Assembly (NCBI GenBank): GCA_965216875.1
Contig: OZ244207.1
Location: forward strand, 256,001 to 320,000
DNA length: 64,000 nt
Source of the DNA: Rubripirellula sp.
GTDB lineage: Bacteria; Planctomycetota; Planctomycetia; Pirellulales; Pirellulaceae
Direction: 5' to 3'
A program made the position numbers and the translations under genes. The notes below the pieces were generated by a model. The model was not told where the DNA came from and searched no databases. It saw nothing but the letters and a program-made list of their open reading frames with translations. Below are positions 46,870 through 55,848 of this stretch, one piece after another. Each line of letters starts with the position of its first letter. The first letter of the stretch is position 1.

Positions 46870-48294
46870 ATGCAGCTTTCGCGTTGCCTTTTGGTCTTGG
46901 TCGTCTCGGCGTTTGCTGCCGTTCCATTCGAAAATTCGTCGGCCGAACAGACTCGCCCCAACGTTCTTCTGCTTTGCATCGACGACTTGCGTCCCGAGCT
47001 TCATTGCTTTGGCAAAGACTACATTCACTCTCCAAACATCGACGCTTTGGCTGAGGGTGGGCGGGCGTTTCACCGACACTATGTCCAAGCACCGACCTGT
47101 GGCGCATCACGTTACACGCTTTTGACAGGGCGATACGGTGGCACGAACAACGGCGCGCTTTTCGCACGCGCCACGCAAATCAAGAAATCGTCCGACGCCG
47201 TTGCGCCGAGTATGCCGGCATGGTTTCGCCAGCGGGGATACACAACGGTTTCAGTTGGAAAGGTTTCGCATCATCCCGGCGGATCGGGTGGCAAGGATTG
47301 GAATGATACGTCTCAACTCGAAATGCCAAACTCATGGGATCGGCACTTGTTGCCCGAAGGGCCGTGGCAGCACCCACGTGGTGCGATGCACGGATTGGCC
47401 AATGGCGAGATCCGCGTGAAGGCGGGCGAGATGGATGTTTATCAGTCGACTCAAGGCGACGATTCGATCTATCCGGACGGCTTGATTGTCGACCAATCAC
47501 TCCAGCAGCTTGACGAACTCGCATCCGATGGCAAACCTTTCTTTTTGGCCGTGGGCATCATCCGGCCGCACCTTCCCTTTGGCGCGCCGGCGAAATACAT
47601 GTCGCACTACAAAGACGTGACGTTGCCTGCGATTCCGCATCCCACGAAGCCTGATGGGAAGACGACTTGGCACGGCTCGGGCGAGTTCATGAAATACAAC
47701 CGCTGGGGTCGCAACCCAAACAATGACCCCGAGTTTGCCGATCTTGTGCGCCGGCACTACGCAGCGTGCGTCACTTACGCCGATGCATCGGTTGGTCGCG
47801 TTCTCGAGCGTTTGACGAAACATGGACTGCGCGACAACACGATCGTGGTTCTCTGGGGTGATCATGGTTGGCATCTCGGCGAGCACGCGATTTGGGGCAA
47901 GCATGCTCTGTTCGAAGAATCACTTCGCTCGCCAATGATCATTCATTACAAGGGGATGGCACACGCTGGTGAAAAGACCGATTCCATGGTCGAAACACTC
48001 GACATCTTTCCGACACTGTGTGAACTGACGGGCATCGAGAAGCCTGACTTCGTTCATGGCGTTTCGTTGGTTCCGATCTTGAACGATCCCAACGCCGGTG
48101 GCCACGCAGCGCTCTCGTATGGCGGGAACCGCAAGACGATTCGAACCGATTCCCATCGGCTCGTTTTGCACAAGGACGGCTATGCCGAACTCTACGATCA
48201 TCGGACGCCTGCAAGCGAGACGGCGAACGTTGCGAAAGAGAACCCATCGCTTGTGGCCGAACTCTCAAAGCAGATTCGCGATCGGTTACCGTGA
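46870..48294 (+). CDS. Sulfatase (iduronate/choline-sulfatase-like)
   Basis: [44 protein letters not shown]. Signal peptide from ATG 46870. Confidence 0.93.
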   Translation: MQLSRCLLVLVVSAFAAVPFENSSAEQTRPNVLLLCIDDLRPELHCFGKDYIHSPNIDALAEGGRAFHRHYVQAPTCGASRYTLLTGRYGGTNNGALFARATQIKKSSDAVAPSMPAWFRQRGYTTVSVGKVSHHPGGSGGKDWNDTSQLEMPNSWDRHLLPEGPWQHPRGAMHGLANGEIRVKAGEMDVYQSTQGDDSIYPDGLIVDQSLQQLDELASDGKPFFLAVGIIRPHLPFGAPAKYMSHYKDVTLPAIPHPTKPDGKTTWHGSGEFMKYNRWGRNPNNDPEFADLVRRHYAACVTYADASVGRVLERLTKHGLRDNTIVVLWGDHGWHLGEHAIWGKHALFEESLRSPMIIHYKGMAHAGEKTDSMVETLDIFPTLCELTGIEKPDFVHGVSLVPILNDPNAGGHAALSYGGNRKTIRTDSHRLVLHKDGYAELYDHRTPASETANVAKENPSLVAELSKQIRDRLP

Positions 48295-48753
48295 GGGAGT
48301 CGCAACGGCCGTGATGCGCATCACACCGTATTTCCACTTGCCGTCGTCTTTGACAACCACGGTGGACCACGCACCACTTGATGGGTAATCGGATGGGCCG
48401 TTTTCTACTTTCCAACGACCGGTGGCGACGACGACATCGTCGCGGAGGTGTCGTCGCGTCAACTGTTTTCCGTCGATCTTTGCACCCGGATTGTTTTTGA
48501 AAAATGCGGCATGCCCAGCCGCAATCTGTGGCCGACCCATAAGAAGATCGCCAGTCAAGATGCTGTAGTCACCATCGGCAGTGAAAAGGGATGCAATGGC
48601 TTTGGCATCTTGCTGGTTGAACGCTGTTGCGTACGCTTCGTTGAGCTGGCCGATGGCGGCAAAGTCGGGGCCAGAATCTTCGGCAGCGATTGGATTGCAA
48701 ATCAGGCACGATCCAACAAGTAGGCCGCAGGAAACGAGATTGCGAAGCAACAT
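48286..48753 (-). CDS. Exported NTF2-like protein (SgcJ/EcaC, DUF4440-like)
   Basis: [33 protein letters not shown]. Signal peptide present. Confidence 0.82.
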   Translation of the reverse strand: MLLRNLVSCGLLVGSCLICNPIAAEDSGPDFAAIGQLNEAYATAFNQQDAKAIASLFTADGDYSILTGDLLMGRPQIAAGHAAFFKNNPGAKIDGKQLTRRHLRDDVVVATGRWKVENGPSDYPSSGAWSTVVVKDDGKWKYGVMRITAVATPSR

Positions 48754-48798
48754 GGAAGTGCACCTTTGGGTTTGTGGGCAGTGATCTGCCAACGACAT

Positions 48799-48823
48799 CC
48801 ACCCTTCTGGCGAAGGTCGCTAC
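48799..48823 (-). repeat. Solitary degenerate REP family A copy
   Basis: ccacccttctggcgaaggtcgctac resembles the reverse complement of GTAGCTACCTTCGCCAGAAGGTGG. Confidence 0.7.
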
Positions 48824-48994
48824 GAAGCGTCGGCGGGCTGGGGAGAGACTGAATGCGAAGCTAGAGGCCAGTTTAACCGCTGCGACGCAGGTCGGGTCGC
48901 GATGAGAGAACAAAGAATGCGGTCTGGCTTGCGGTCAAAACGACTTGCCCATGCCACGGTCGAGGGGTGAAGGCCATCGCATCAGGGGCCTCCC

Positions 48995-49000
48995 TATAAT
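48995..49000 (+). promoter_or_regulatory. Candidate -10 box
   Basis: Perfect TATAAT in a GC-rich context, 40 nt upstream of the 49040 start. No clear -35. Confidence 0.35.
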
Positions 49001-49039
49001 GAACGCCGGGCTGACCACCCATAACCAGGCGGGATTCAG

Positions 49040-50392
49040 GTGGAGTCGAAAAACCCAAACCAATCGTTCCATTGGCAAGTGCATGCCGATGCCGCAGCAC
49101 TCGTTGCCCATTTGATCGACGAAGTGTCTCAGCATTTGCCGGCACTGACGCGACTCAAGCAATTGATGCTCGATCATACGGGCACGCGTCTGATGGACTG
49201 GATTGACCATTTCTTCTTCGGTGTTGATCCTACGCTTCAGGGTCAATTGGAAGCGTGTGGCTTTGAGTCGGTGCCAGAAGAGGAAGGCGTTTGGCGGCAC
49301 GCCGGCGGGTTGTTTCCCGATGTATTGATGAAACAAACATCGGTCGCTGGACTCGCTTTAAAAGTTGAAAGCGTCGACGATTTTCTATTCAGTCACGCCA
49401 TCACCGCGTTGGTGGAAGGCGAACCCGATTCGCAGCTGCGTCGATGTGTGGTTTGGGAGAAGGGGCGTTGGCAATGTGTGGTCGTTGAACGACATGGCTA
49501 CGGCGGCTACGAGCCACAGCGCATCGATATGCGCATGCTCGGCCAGTCGGTCGTCCATGGTGTTCAACTAAAGCGGGTCCGGCGTATTTACGATGACGTC
49601 AATGCAGCGTTCGACGAACTCGATGCGTTGGTCGATGCCTCCACGGCAGACATCGGTTGCGATTGGACATGCGACCTTTTCTTTGCTGCGGAGCGAGCCT
49701 ATTGGCAAAGTCGCAATCACGCGGCGAGGATTCAAAAGGCACGGCAAGACGCTCTGGGACTTGGTTGGGCCAATCACGACCATCATACCTATCGATCGAG
49801 TCGAGAGCATTTTGCCAGACTCATCGGCTTGCTTGAAAAGATGGGCTTCGTTTGTCGAGAACGGTTTTACGGAGGTGCTGAAGCGGGCTGGGGGGCGCAA
49901 GTGCTTGAGCAAACCGGTACAGGGATTGTGGTGTTTGCCGACGTCGACATGTCGCCCGAGGAAGTGATGGGCGACTTTGCTCACGAAGGGTTACCGCAAA
50001 ACGACGATTTGGGCACGGTGGGGTTGTGGTGCAAACTTCATGGAGAAGCGATTTTCGAAGCGGGCATGCATCATCTTGAATGTCAATTTGATTATCGTGC
50101 CGCCGTGAAGCAACTCGCGGTTTTCGGCATCGAAACGATGTCGCCGTTTACCGATTTGCCCCACCTCAAACAGGCCTTTACCAAAGGGCAACGCTGGCCC
50201 ATTCGGACGTCGAAGATCAAAGCGGCCTTGGATGCGGGTGCCATTGATCAACAACAAGCCGATCGCTTTCGGCAGGAGGGCGCGATCGGATCCCACCTCG
50301 AGATTCTAGAACGCAACGGCGGCTACAAAGGCTTCAATCAATCTGGGATCAGCGAGATCATTCGGCAAACCGATCCACGCGGCGATGCGTAA
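49040..50392 (+). CDS. Divergent VOC-fold protein, HPPD-like non-haem iron dioxygenase candidate
   Basis: NHDHHTY, GMHHLE, LKQAFT, HLEILER and GFNQSGISEII parallel the HPPD motifs DH, GIQHIA, LLQIFT, FFEIIQR and GFGxGNF. Confidence 0.6.
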   Translation: MESKNPNQSFHWQVHADAAALVAHLIDEVSQHLPALTRLKQLMLDHTGTRLMDWIDHFFFGVDPTLQGQLEACGFESVPEEEGVWRHAGGLFPDVLMKQTSVAGLALKVESVDDFLFSHAITALVEGEPDSQLRRCVVWEKGRWQCVVVERHGYGGYEPQRIDMRMLGQSVVHGVQLKRVRRIYDDVNAAFDELDALVDASTADIGCDWTCDLFFAAERAYWQSRNHAARIQKARQDALGLGWANHDHHTYRSSREHFARLIGLLEKMGFVCRERFYGGAEAGWGAQVLEQTGTGIVVFADVDMSPEEVMGDFAHEGLPQNDDLGTVGLWCKLHGEAIFEAGMHHLECQFDYRAAVKQLAVFGIETMSPFTDLPHLKQAFTKGQRWPIRTSKIKAALDAGAIDQQQADRFRQEGAIGSHLEILERNGGYKGFNQSGISEIIRQTDPRGDA

Positions 50393-50442
50393 GATAAACA
50401 GCCGAAGAACGATACGACGATTCTGTAGGGTTGAATCTGCCG

Positions 50443-51771
50443 ATGCCACATGTTGCTTTCGCCGCCATGTCCGGTTTGAGAGTTCGCGAGAGTGAACTGC
50501 TCGAATTTGGAATGACCTTGCCAGGCCTGGCGAAGCGAGCGACCGCGTTGTCTGGCCTTCCATCGCTCGGACTGTTGACGCTCGCCGGAATGACTTCTGA
50601 CAGCGGTTGGACTTACAGCTACCACGATTCAAGCAGCGATACCCTTTTTGATGAAATCCTTGAACAGCAGCCGGATCTCGTTGCCGTCAGCGCGTTGACG
50701 GCATCAATCAATCAGGCCTATGCGCTGTGCGACTCACTTCGTGGATCCAATGTTCCGACGGTGATTGGCGGGCTTCATGCTACGGCGTTGCCGGACGAAG
50801 CGGCCGTGCACGCAACCAGTGTTTGCGTTGGTGATGGCGAATCGAGCTGGCCAACCATTCTCGCGGATGCCACGTTGGGACAGCTCAAGCCCATCTATCG
50901 CGCGACCAAACCATTCGACCTCGCTCATTGTCCGATGCCCGCGTTTTCGGCGTTGCCCGATCGTCGCCCTCAACGTTGGACGTTGCAGACCCAGCGTGGT
51001 TGCCCTTGGGCCTGTGAGTTTTGCGCGGCTAGTCGATTACTTGGGCCACCGAGATTCAAGCCAGTCGACCGTATTGCTGAAGAACTCGGCGTGATCAAAA
51101 AGCTTTCCCGCAACACACCCTGGGTCGAGCTTGCTGACGACAATACTTTTGCGGGACGACGTGACGCTCAGGAACTTCTTGATGTGCTCGCAGACGCGAA
51201 CATACGTTTTTTCACCGAAAGCGATTGGCGAATTGGCTGTCAACCCAAAGTTGTCCAGCGACTCGCCGAAGCGGGTTGCGTGCAATTACTCGTCGGCCTC
51301 GAATCACTTGCGTTTCGATATCCAGGTATGGGACGCAAACGCGCCGAACTTGACCAAATGACCGACGCGGTCGCAACGATCCAGGACCATGGAATTGTTG
51401 TCAACGGTTGTTTTATCATTGGTGCCGATGGTGAAACCAACGCATCGCTTGATGCGCTCGCCCAGTTTATTGACGAAAGCCCCATCGCGGAAATCCAACT
51501 GACTCTGCAGACCCCCTTTCCCGGGACCGCGCTTCATCGGCGTTTGGCAAAGCAAGGGCGACTACTTGTCGATCGTGATTGGTCCCACTGCACGTTATTC
51601 GACGTCGTGCACCAACCAGACCTCATGTCGGTCACCGAATTGGAGCAGGGGTTTCGGCGCGTTATGCGTGCCGTCTTTGGGGGGACGAGTGGCAAACGCC
51701 GATCCGAATTGCGACGCGAAGTGTCGCGGCGTCATCCCAACCATCACAGGATCAAGCGGGGGCATTCATGA
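50443..51771 (+). CDS. Cobalamin-binding-domain radical SAM protein
   Basis: PSLGLLTLAG, IGGLHAT, GDGE, QRGCPWACEFC (CxxxCxxC), DDN, VGLES, TPFPGT. Confidence 0.93.
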   Translation: MPHVAFAAMSGLRVRESELLEFGMTLPGLAKRATALSGLPSLGLLTLAGMTSDSGWTYSYHDSSSDTLFDEILEQQPDLVAVSALTASINQAYALCDSLRGSNVPTVIGGLHATALPDEAAVHATSVCVGDGESSWPTILADATLGQLKPIYRATKPFDLAHCPMPAFSALPDRRPQRWTLQTQRGCPWACEFCAASRLLGPPRFKPVDRIAEELGVIKKLSRNTPWVELADDNTFAGRRDAQELLDVLADANIRFFTESDWRIGCQPKVVQRLAEAGCVQLLVGLESLAFRYPGMGRKRAELDQMTDAVATIQDHGIVVNGCFIIGADGETNASLDALAQFIDESPIAEIQLTLQTPFPGTALHRRLAKQGRLLVDRDWSHCTLFDVVHQPDLMSVTELEQGFRRVMRAVFGGTSGKRRSELRREVSRRHPNHHRIKRGHS

Positions 51772-53042
51772 TCAGTCCGTGGACCATTGTTCAGTTTTTG
51801 TTTTTTCGCGAATCGGCGATTGTCAAGATTGCGGCATCACCTGCGGCGATAGGGGTTGGCGCAGGCTTTGTTCTGTCGGCTGGATTCGCAAGGGAGTATG
51901 ACGGCGAATATCTATTGGCCGAACCGTGGCACTTGCTCATCCCGTTGGTGGCTTCGTTGCTCGGCTGCATCGTGCTGTTCATCACGCTAGCGATCATCGA
52001 CGCGAACTGTACCAGAAAGTCGTTTGTGCCTTTGTTGAGAGTCTATTGGATGATGGCGCCGATGGCCTGGCTTTACGCGATCCCATTTGAACGCTTCCTT
52101 TCCGCGGGCGATGCGACACGAGCCAACCTGTGCTTGTTGGGAGTGGTTGCAATATGGCGCGTCGCGCTCATGATCCGCTGTATTCAGGTTCTATTTCATG
52201 CTCACTTGGTCTCGGCCACTGTTCCCGTGCTTCTTTTTGGGGATGCACTTGCACTGCTTGCACTCAAATTCGTTCCGGGGCCGATTTTCATGATCATGGG
52301 TGGCGTCCGCCTGACCGAGAGTGAGGGGACGATTCTCGGCATGCGAATGCTGCTTGGATTCGTTGGGGTGATTGCTCTGCCATTTCTTGTGATCTCTTTC
52401 GCCGTGCTATGCAACCGTGGAAAGCCCTGGCGGTGGATCGGGAAAGACCCTCGGTGGCAACCTGTGAAAGTCGCGAGAGCAACTTGGGCGGTGGTCATCC
52501 TTTCCCTGCTGATCTGGATTCCCATTTTGCCGACCACGCAAAAGGAGCAGGCGTTGCGTTACGATGCCGATCGGTTCATTCGAGGTGGCGATTTTGGTTC
52601 TCTCGTGACACGGTTGCAGGGCGTCGCGCAAGCAGAGATGCCACCCCATTGGGATCCGCCGCCGCGAACGGGCTACGGCGAGTTCAGTCCACACGTGCAC
52701 GACGTCGCAGCCAATCTGATGGATTCGGACGCACCCGATTGGTTGATCGAACGCTACGTAGAAAAGCTACGTTGGCAAGCCTCCTCTGGCGTTCCATGGT
52801 TCTTCAACTCGCACCAGTTCACTGAGCACGATGTTGTCGCCTACGTTGATTTGTTGGAACGTATTGACCCAGAGGTGGGACGTGAAATCGCCCGGCACGT
52901 TCGACCCTCGAGCGAGATGCCAGGTGATTCAAGCCCTCGAGCCGATGCATTGCGACGATTGCGAAAAATCGCTGGCGTCGAAGAAGAGCCCAAGCCCTCA
53001 GTGGAAGCGTTTCTCGATGACGAGCAAGACACGCCGCTGTGA
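51768..53042 (+). CDS. Hypothetical multi-pass membrane protein
   Basis: ATGA overlap with the radical SAM stop. About eight TM segments (AREYD, WLYAIPFERF) and a soluble C-terminal domain. Confidence 0.75.
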   Translation: MISPWTIVQFLFFRESAIVKIAASPAAIGVGAGFVLSAGFAREYDGEYLLAEPWHLLIPLVASLLGCIVLFITLAIIDANCTRKSFVPLLRVYWMMAPMAWLYAIPFERFLSAGDATRANLCLLGVVAIWRVALMIRCIQVLFHAHLVSATVPVLLFGDALALLALKFVPGPIFMIMGGVRLTESEGTILGMRMLLGFVGVIALPFLVISFAVLCNRGKPWRWIGKDPRWQPVKVARATWAVVILSLLIWIPILPTTQKEQALRYDADRFIRGGDFGSLVTRLQGVAQAEMPPHWDPPPRTGYGEFSPHVHDVAANLMDSDAPDWLIERYVEKLRWQASSGVPWFFNSHQFTEHDVVAYVDLLERIDPEVGREIARHVRPSSEMPGDSSPRADALRRLRKIAGVEEEPKPSVEAFLDDEQDTPL

Positions 53043-53174
53043 CGACGGAGCGGTGTTCCAAGATTGCGCCGAGTACACCTTTGGCGCAACTTGCGTTGGG
53101 TGACGCGGTCTCTTACGCTGTCCTGCTAGTCAACGCTCTCCGGGAATCACGAGCCGCTAAGGAGTCATGGATCG

Positions 53175-55013
53175 ATGTCGGGTGCTTCCTCCAACCAGCC
53201 AGAGGGTGAAGAGTACGACGGCGACATTCGAATTCGTCGTGGACTCTATCCCGAATTCACATGGACGGCCGTCATTGTCGGTTGGGTCATCGGTGTGCTG
53301 ATCGCGATTTCGATCGGCTATGCCGCGCTCATTCTCGGCTTTGCCATCGAAGGCTCGGAACTTGCCGCGATCCTCGGATGGGGTGTCCTACGCGGTGTGA
53401 TGCAACGAACAAGTATCGTTGAAAACAATATCAACCAAACGATCGCTTCGGCCGTCAATGGTGCTTCCTCGGGCATCATGTTTTCGGTCCCGGCGTTGTT
53501 CATCTTGAGCCGCAAAGAGGGACTCGAGTCGGTCGCCGACTTTAGCATCCCGCTGATGATTCTGTCGTGCATCACCGGCAGCATCCTTGGGCTTGCTTTT
53601 GTGATCCCGCTGCGAAAACAGATGATCGACTTCGATCGGCTCGCCTATCCAGGTGGGATTGCGGTGGCAACCATCTTGAAGTCGCCCGGCGCTGGAGTGC
53701 GCAAAGCGGTGTTGTTGCTCGGCGGAGCACTCTTCTCGGCGATCGCCTCTTTGATCGTCTTGAAGTTCTATGGTGGGCATGGCGATTGGCATCTTGGCGA
53801 TCAGATCGGGATGCCGCCAATGATGAACCTGATGTTCTTCTTGTCCGTGATGACAATCGGAGTCGGCTTCTTGTCGGGCAAGGGAGGGTTTTGGTTTGGT
53901 GCTGGCGGTTTCGTTTGCTATTTCATCCTGTCACCGCTACTGGCTAATTTCGCGGGTTCCGAAGAGCTGCGAACCCTTGTCGACACGCCTGGCGAGATGC
54001 GTGGGGAAATCTACAAACCTCTTGGAATTGGAATGCTCGTGGGCGCCGCGGTGGGCGGGATCATCGCGGCGTTTCCGTTGATCATCAGTGCGATGCGGTC
54101 GATGCACTCGGCGAGCAAGCACGAAGGTGGGGCCGGCAATGATGAGATGCCGATCAAGTTCTTGTACAGCGCCATCGGTGCTGGCCTGTTGGTGATGATC
54201 TGGGTTGCCTTCAGTTCGACTGCCGACATGACCTTCGGTCGGGCTGCTGCGATGGCGGTCCTGGGGACGCTTTGGGTGTGGGTTGCGGGGGTCGTTGTTG
54301 CCGAGTGTATCGGCCGCACGAATTGGTCGCCGCTATCGGGCATGACGTTGATTGCAGTGACAATTTTGATCTTGGTTGCCAAAGGCGGACTGGATCACGT
54401 CGGCACGATCACCAGTTGCATGGTGGTGGGGGCCGCAATCTGCTTGGCCATTTCGCAAGCGAGCGACATGATGCTTGACTTGAAGTCAGGCTATTTGGTT
54501 GGCGCGATTCCACGACGACAACAGCTTGCACAATTTGTCGGCGCTTGGCTCGGACCCGTGGTGGTTGTGTTTTTGATGATCGTACTCAACGGTGACGACA
54601 ACGCGATTGGCTCGGAACGCTTTCCAGCTCCCCAGGCCAACGCGCTCGCGTCGGTGACGGACGCGATCTTGAACGATGATGTCCCGGCCTATCGGTACGT
54701 TGCCGGCGGCGGTCTCGGCTTGATGCTGGCGATGAGCGGATTGGGTGGGATCGGCGTGCTGATTGCGCTCGGGTTTTATATGCCGTTCAACATTGCACTT
54801 ACTTACACCCTGGGGAACATCCTTCGCATCGTGTCGGACAAGACGATGGGAACGAAGTGGAGCCATGAGGTCGGAATTCCGATCGCCGCAGGTTTGATCG
54901 TTGGTGAAGCACTCGTCGGGGTTGGGCACGCGTTCTACGTCGTGTTTGCCAAGGCCATTGAATCAGCCGAGACGGCGATGGTGGTGAGCGAGCAAGTCGG
55001 AAACTGGATGTGA
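53175..55013 (+). CDS. OPT/YSL family oligopeptide transporter
   Basis: ENNINQTIASA, IPLRKQMI, YPGGIAVA, DLKSGYLVGA, APQA. Confidence 0.92.
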   Translation: MSGASSNQPEGEEYDGDIRIRRGLYPEFTWTAVIVGWVIGVLIAISIGYAALILGFAIEGSELAAILGWGVLRGVMQRTSIVENNINQTIASAVNGASSGIMFSVPALFILSRKEGLESVADFSIPLMILSCITGSILGLAFVIPLRKQMIDFDRLAYPGGIAVATILKSPGAGVRKAVLLLGGALFSAIASLIVLKFYGGHGDWHLGDQIGMPPMMNLMFFLSVMTIGVGFLSGKGGFWFGAGGFVCYFILSPLLANFAGSEELRTLVDTPGEMRGEIYKPLGIGMLVGAAVGGIIAAFPLIISAMRSMHSASKHEGGAGNDEMPIKFLYSAIGAGLLVMIWVAFSSTADMTFGRAAAMAVLGTLWVWVAGVVVAECIGRTNWSPLSGMTLIAVTILILVAKGGLDHVGTITSCMVVGAAICLAISQASDMMLDLKSGYLVGAIPRRQQLAQFVGAWLGPVVVVFLMIVLNGDDNAIGSERFPAPQANALASVTDAILNDDVPAYRYVAGGGLGLMLAMSGLGGIGVLIALGFYMPFNIALTYTLGNILRIVSDKTMGTKWSHEVGIPIAAGLIVGEALVGVGHAFYVVFAKAIESAETAMVVSEQVGNWM

Positions 55014-55020
55014 GATAGAG

Positions 55021-55596
55021 ATGTTGCGAGCAATTGGACAAATCTTGTTGTGGCTTGGCTTCGTGGTAGGTGCGTATGCGTCCGTCTGCCAACTCGAAGT
55101 TGCGGTACCCGTCGAAGGCGAAAGCGAAGTCGATAAGTGGGCTACCATTCCGTGGACCAACTACTTTGTTGGCATCTTCATTGGCATCGGCGGTATCGTT
55201 TGCCTGAGGCTTGCCGCAAAACAGGAACACGAGGACGTCGAGCAGACGGAAGCCGAATACTCGGTCATACGAGCGAGTTTGGATAGAATCACCGCGGTGG
55301 TTGGCGAGTTGTGCCAACAGAGTGAGCACAAGCCAACGCAGGTCTTGCAGACGATCGACGATCAATGCGTCGAAGGGTTCTCGGAATTTGCTGATTCACG
55401 ACAAGCATTGGTGAAGCGTTTCGGCATGAAGGTCTACGCTGATGTGATGACCGAGTTTGCAGCGGCCGAACGGTATGTGAACCGGTCGTGGTCGGCCGCG
55501 GCGGACGGTTATGTGGAAGAAGTCGCCTCAAGCCTCAAACGGGCCAAGTCTCATTTGGACAACGCACAAGAGCTTCTTGCTGCTGCTGAAGGTTAG
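55021..55596 (+). CDS. Hypothetical membrane protein
   Basis: Two N-terminal TM segments, helical C-terminus (ERYVNRSWSAAADGY). It starts 7 nt after the OPT stop. Confidence 0.75.
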   Translation: MLRAIGQILLWLGFVVGAYASVCQLEVAVPVEGESEVDKWATIPWTNYFVGIFIGIGGIVCLRLAAKQEHEDVEQTEAEYSVIRASLDRITAVVGELCQQSEHKPTQVLQTIDDQCVEGFSEFADSRQALVKRFGMKVYADVMTEFAAAERYVNRSWSAAADGYVEEVASSLKRAKSHLDNAQELLAAAEG

Positions 55597-55834
55597 GTAG
55601 TGGACGAGGCGACGAGTCCCTCAACAGCCCGCCGGCCTTGAGCGGCAAGGCGTTAGTTAACACTCTCCCTTGGAAGAGTCGGGCTCTAAGGCCCGGAGAG
55701 GGTTTGTATATCGAGGGATGATTCCCTCCCCGGACTTTGCGTCCGACCCTCCCGCAAGCGGGAGGGTGATTGTTGGAGCACTTTACCTCATGGCACTGTA
55801 ACTCCAAGGCCCGACGCTAACGCGTTCGGCTCAC
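55597..55834. repeat. Nest of several REP-like palindromic elements between convergent genes
   Basis: GTAGTGGACGAGGCGACGAGTCC (55597-55619), accctcccg-caag-cgggagggt (55746-55767), cggac-tttgc-gtccg, ccgacgctaacgcgttcggctcac (55811-55834, family C-like). Confidence 0.65.
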
Positions 55835-55848
55835 GAGTTGGGGCAAGA

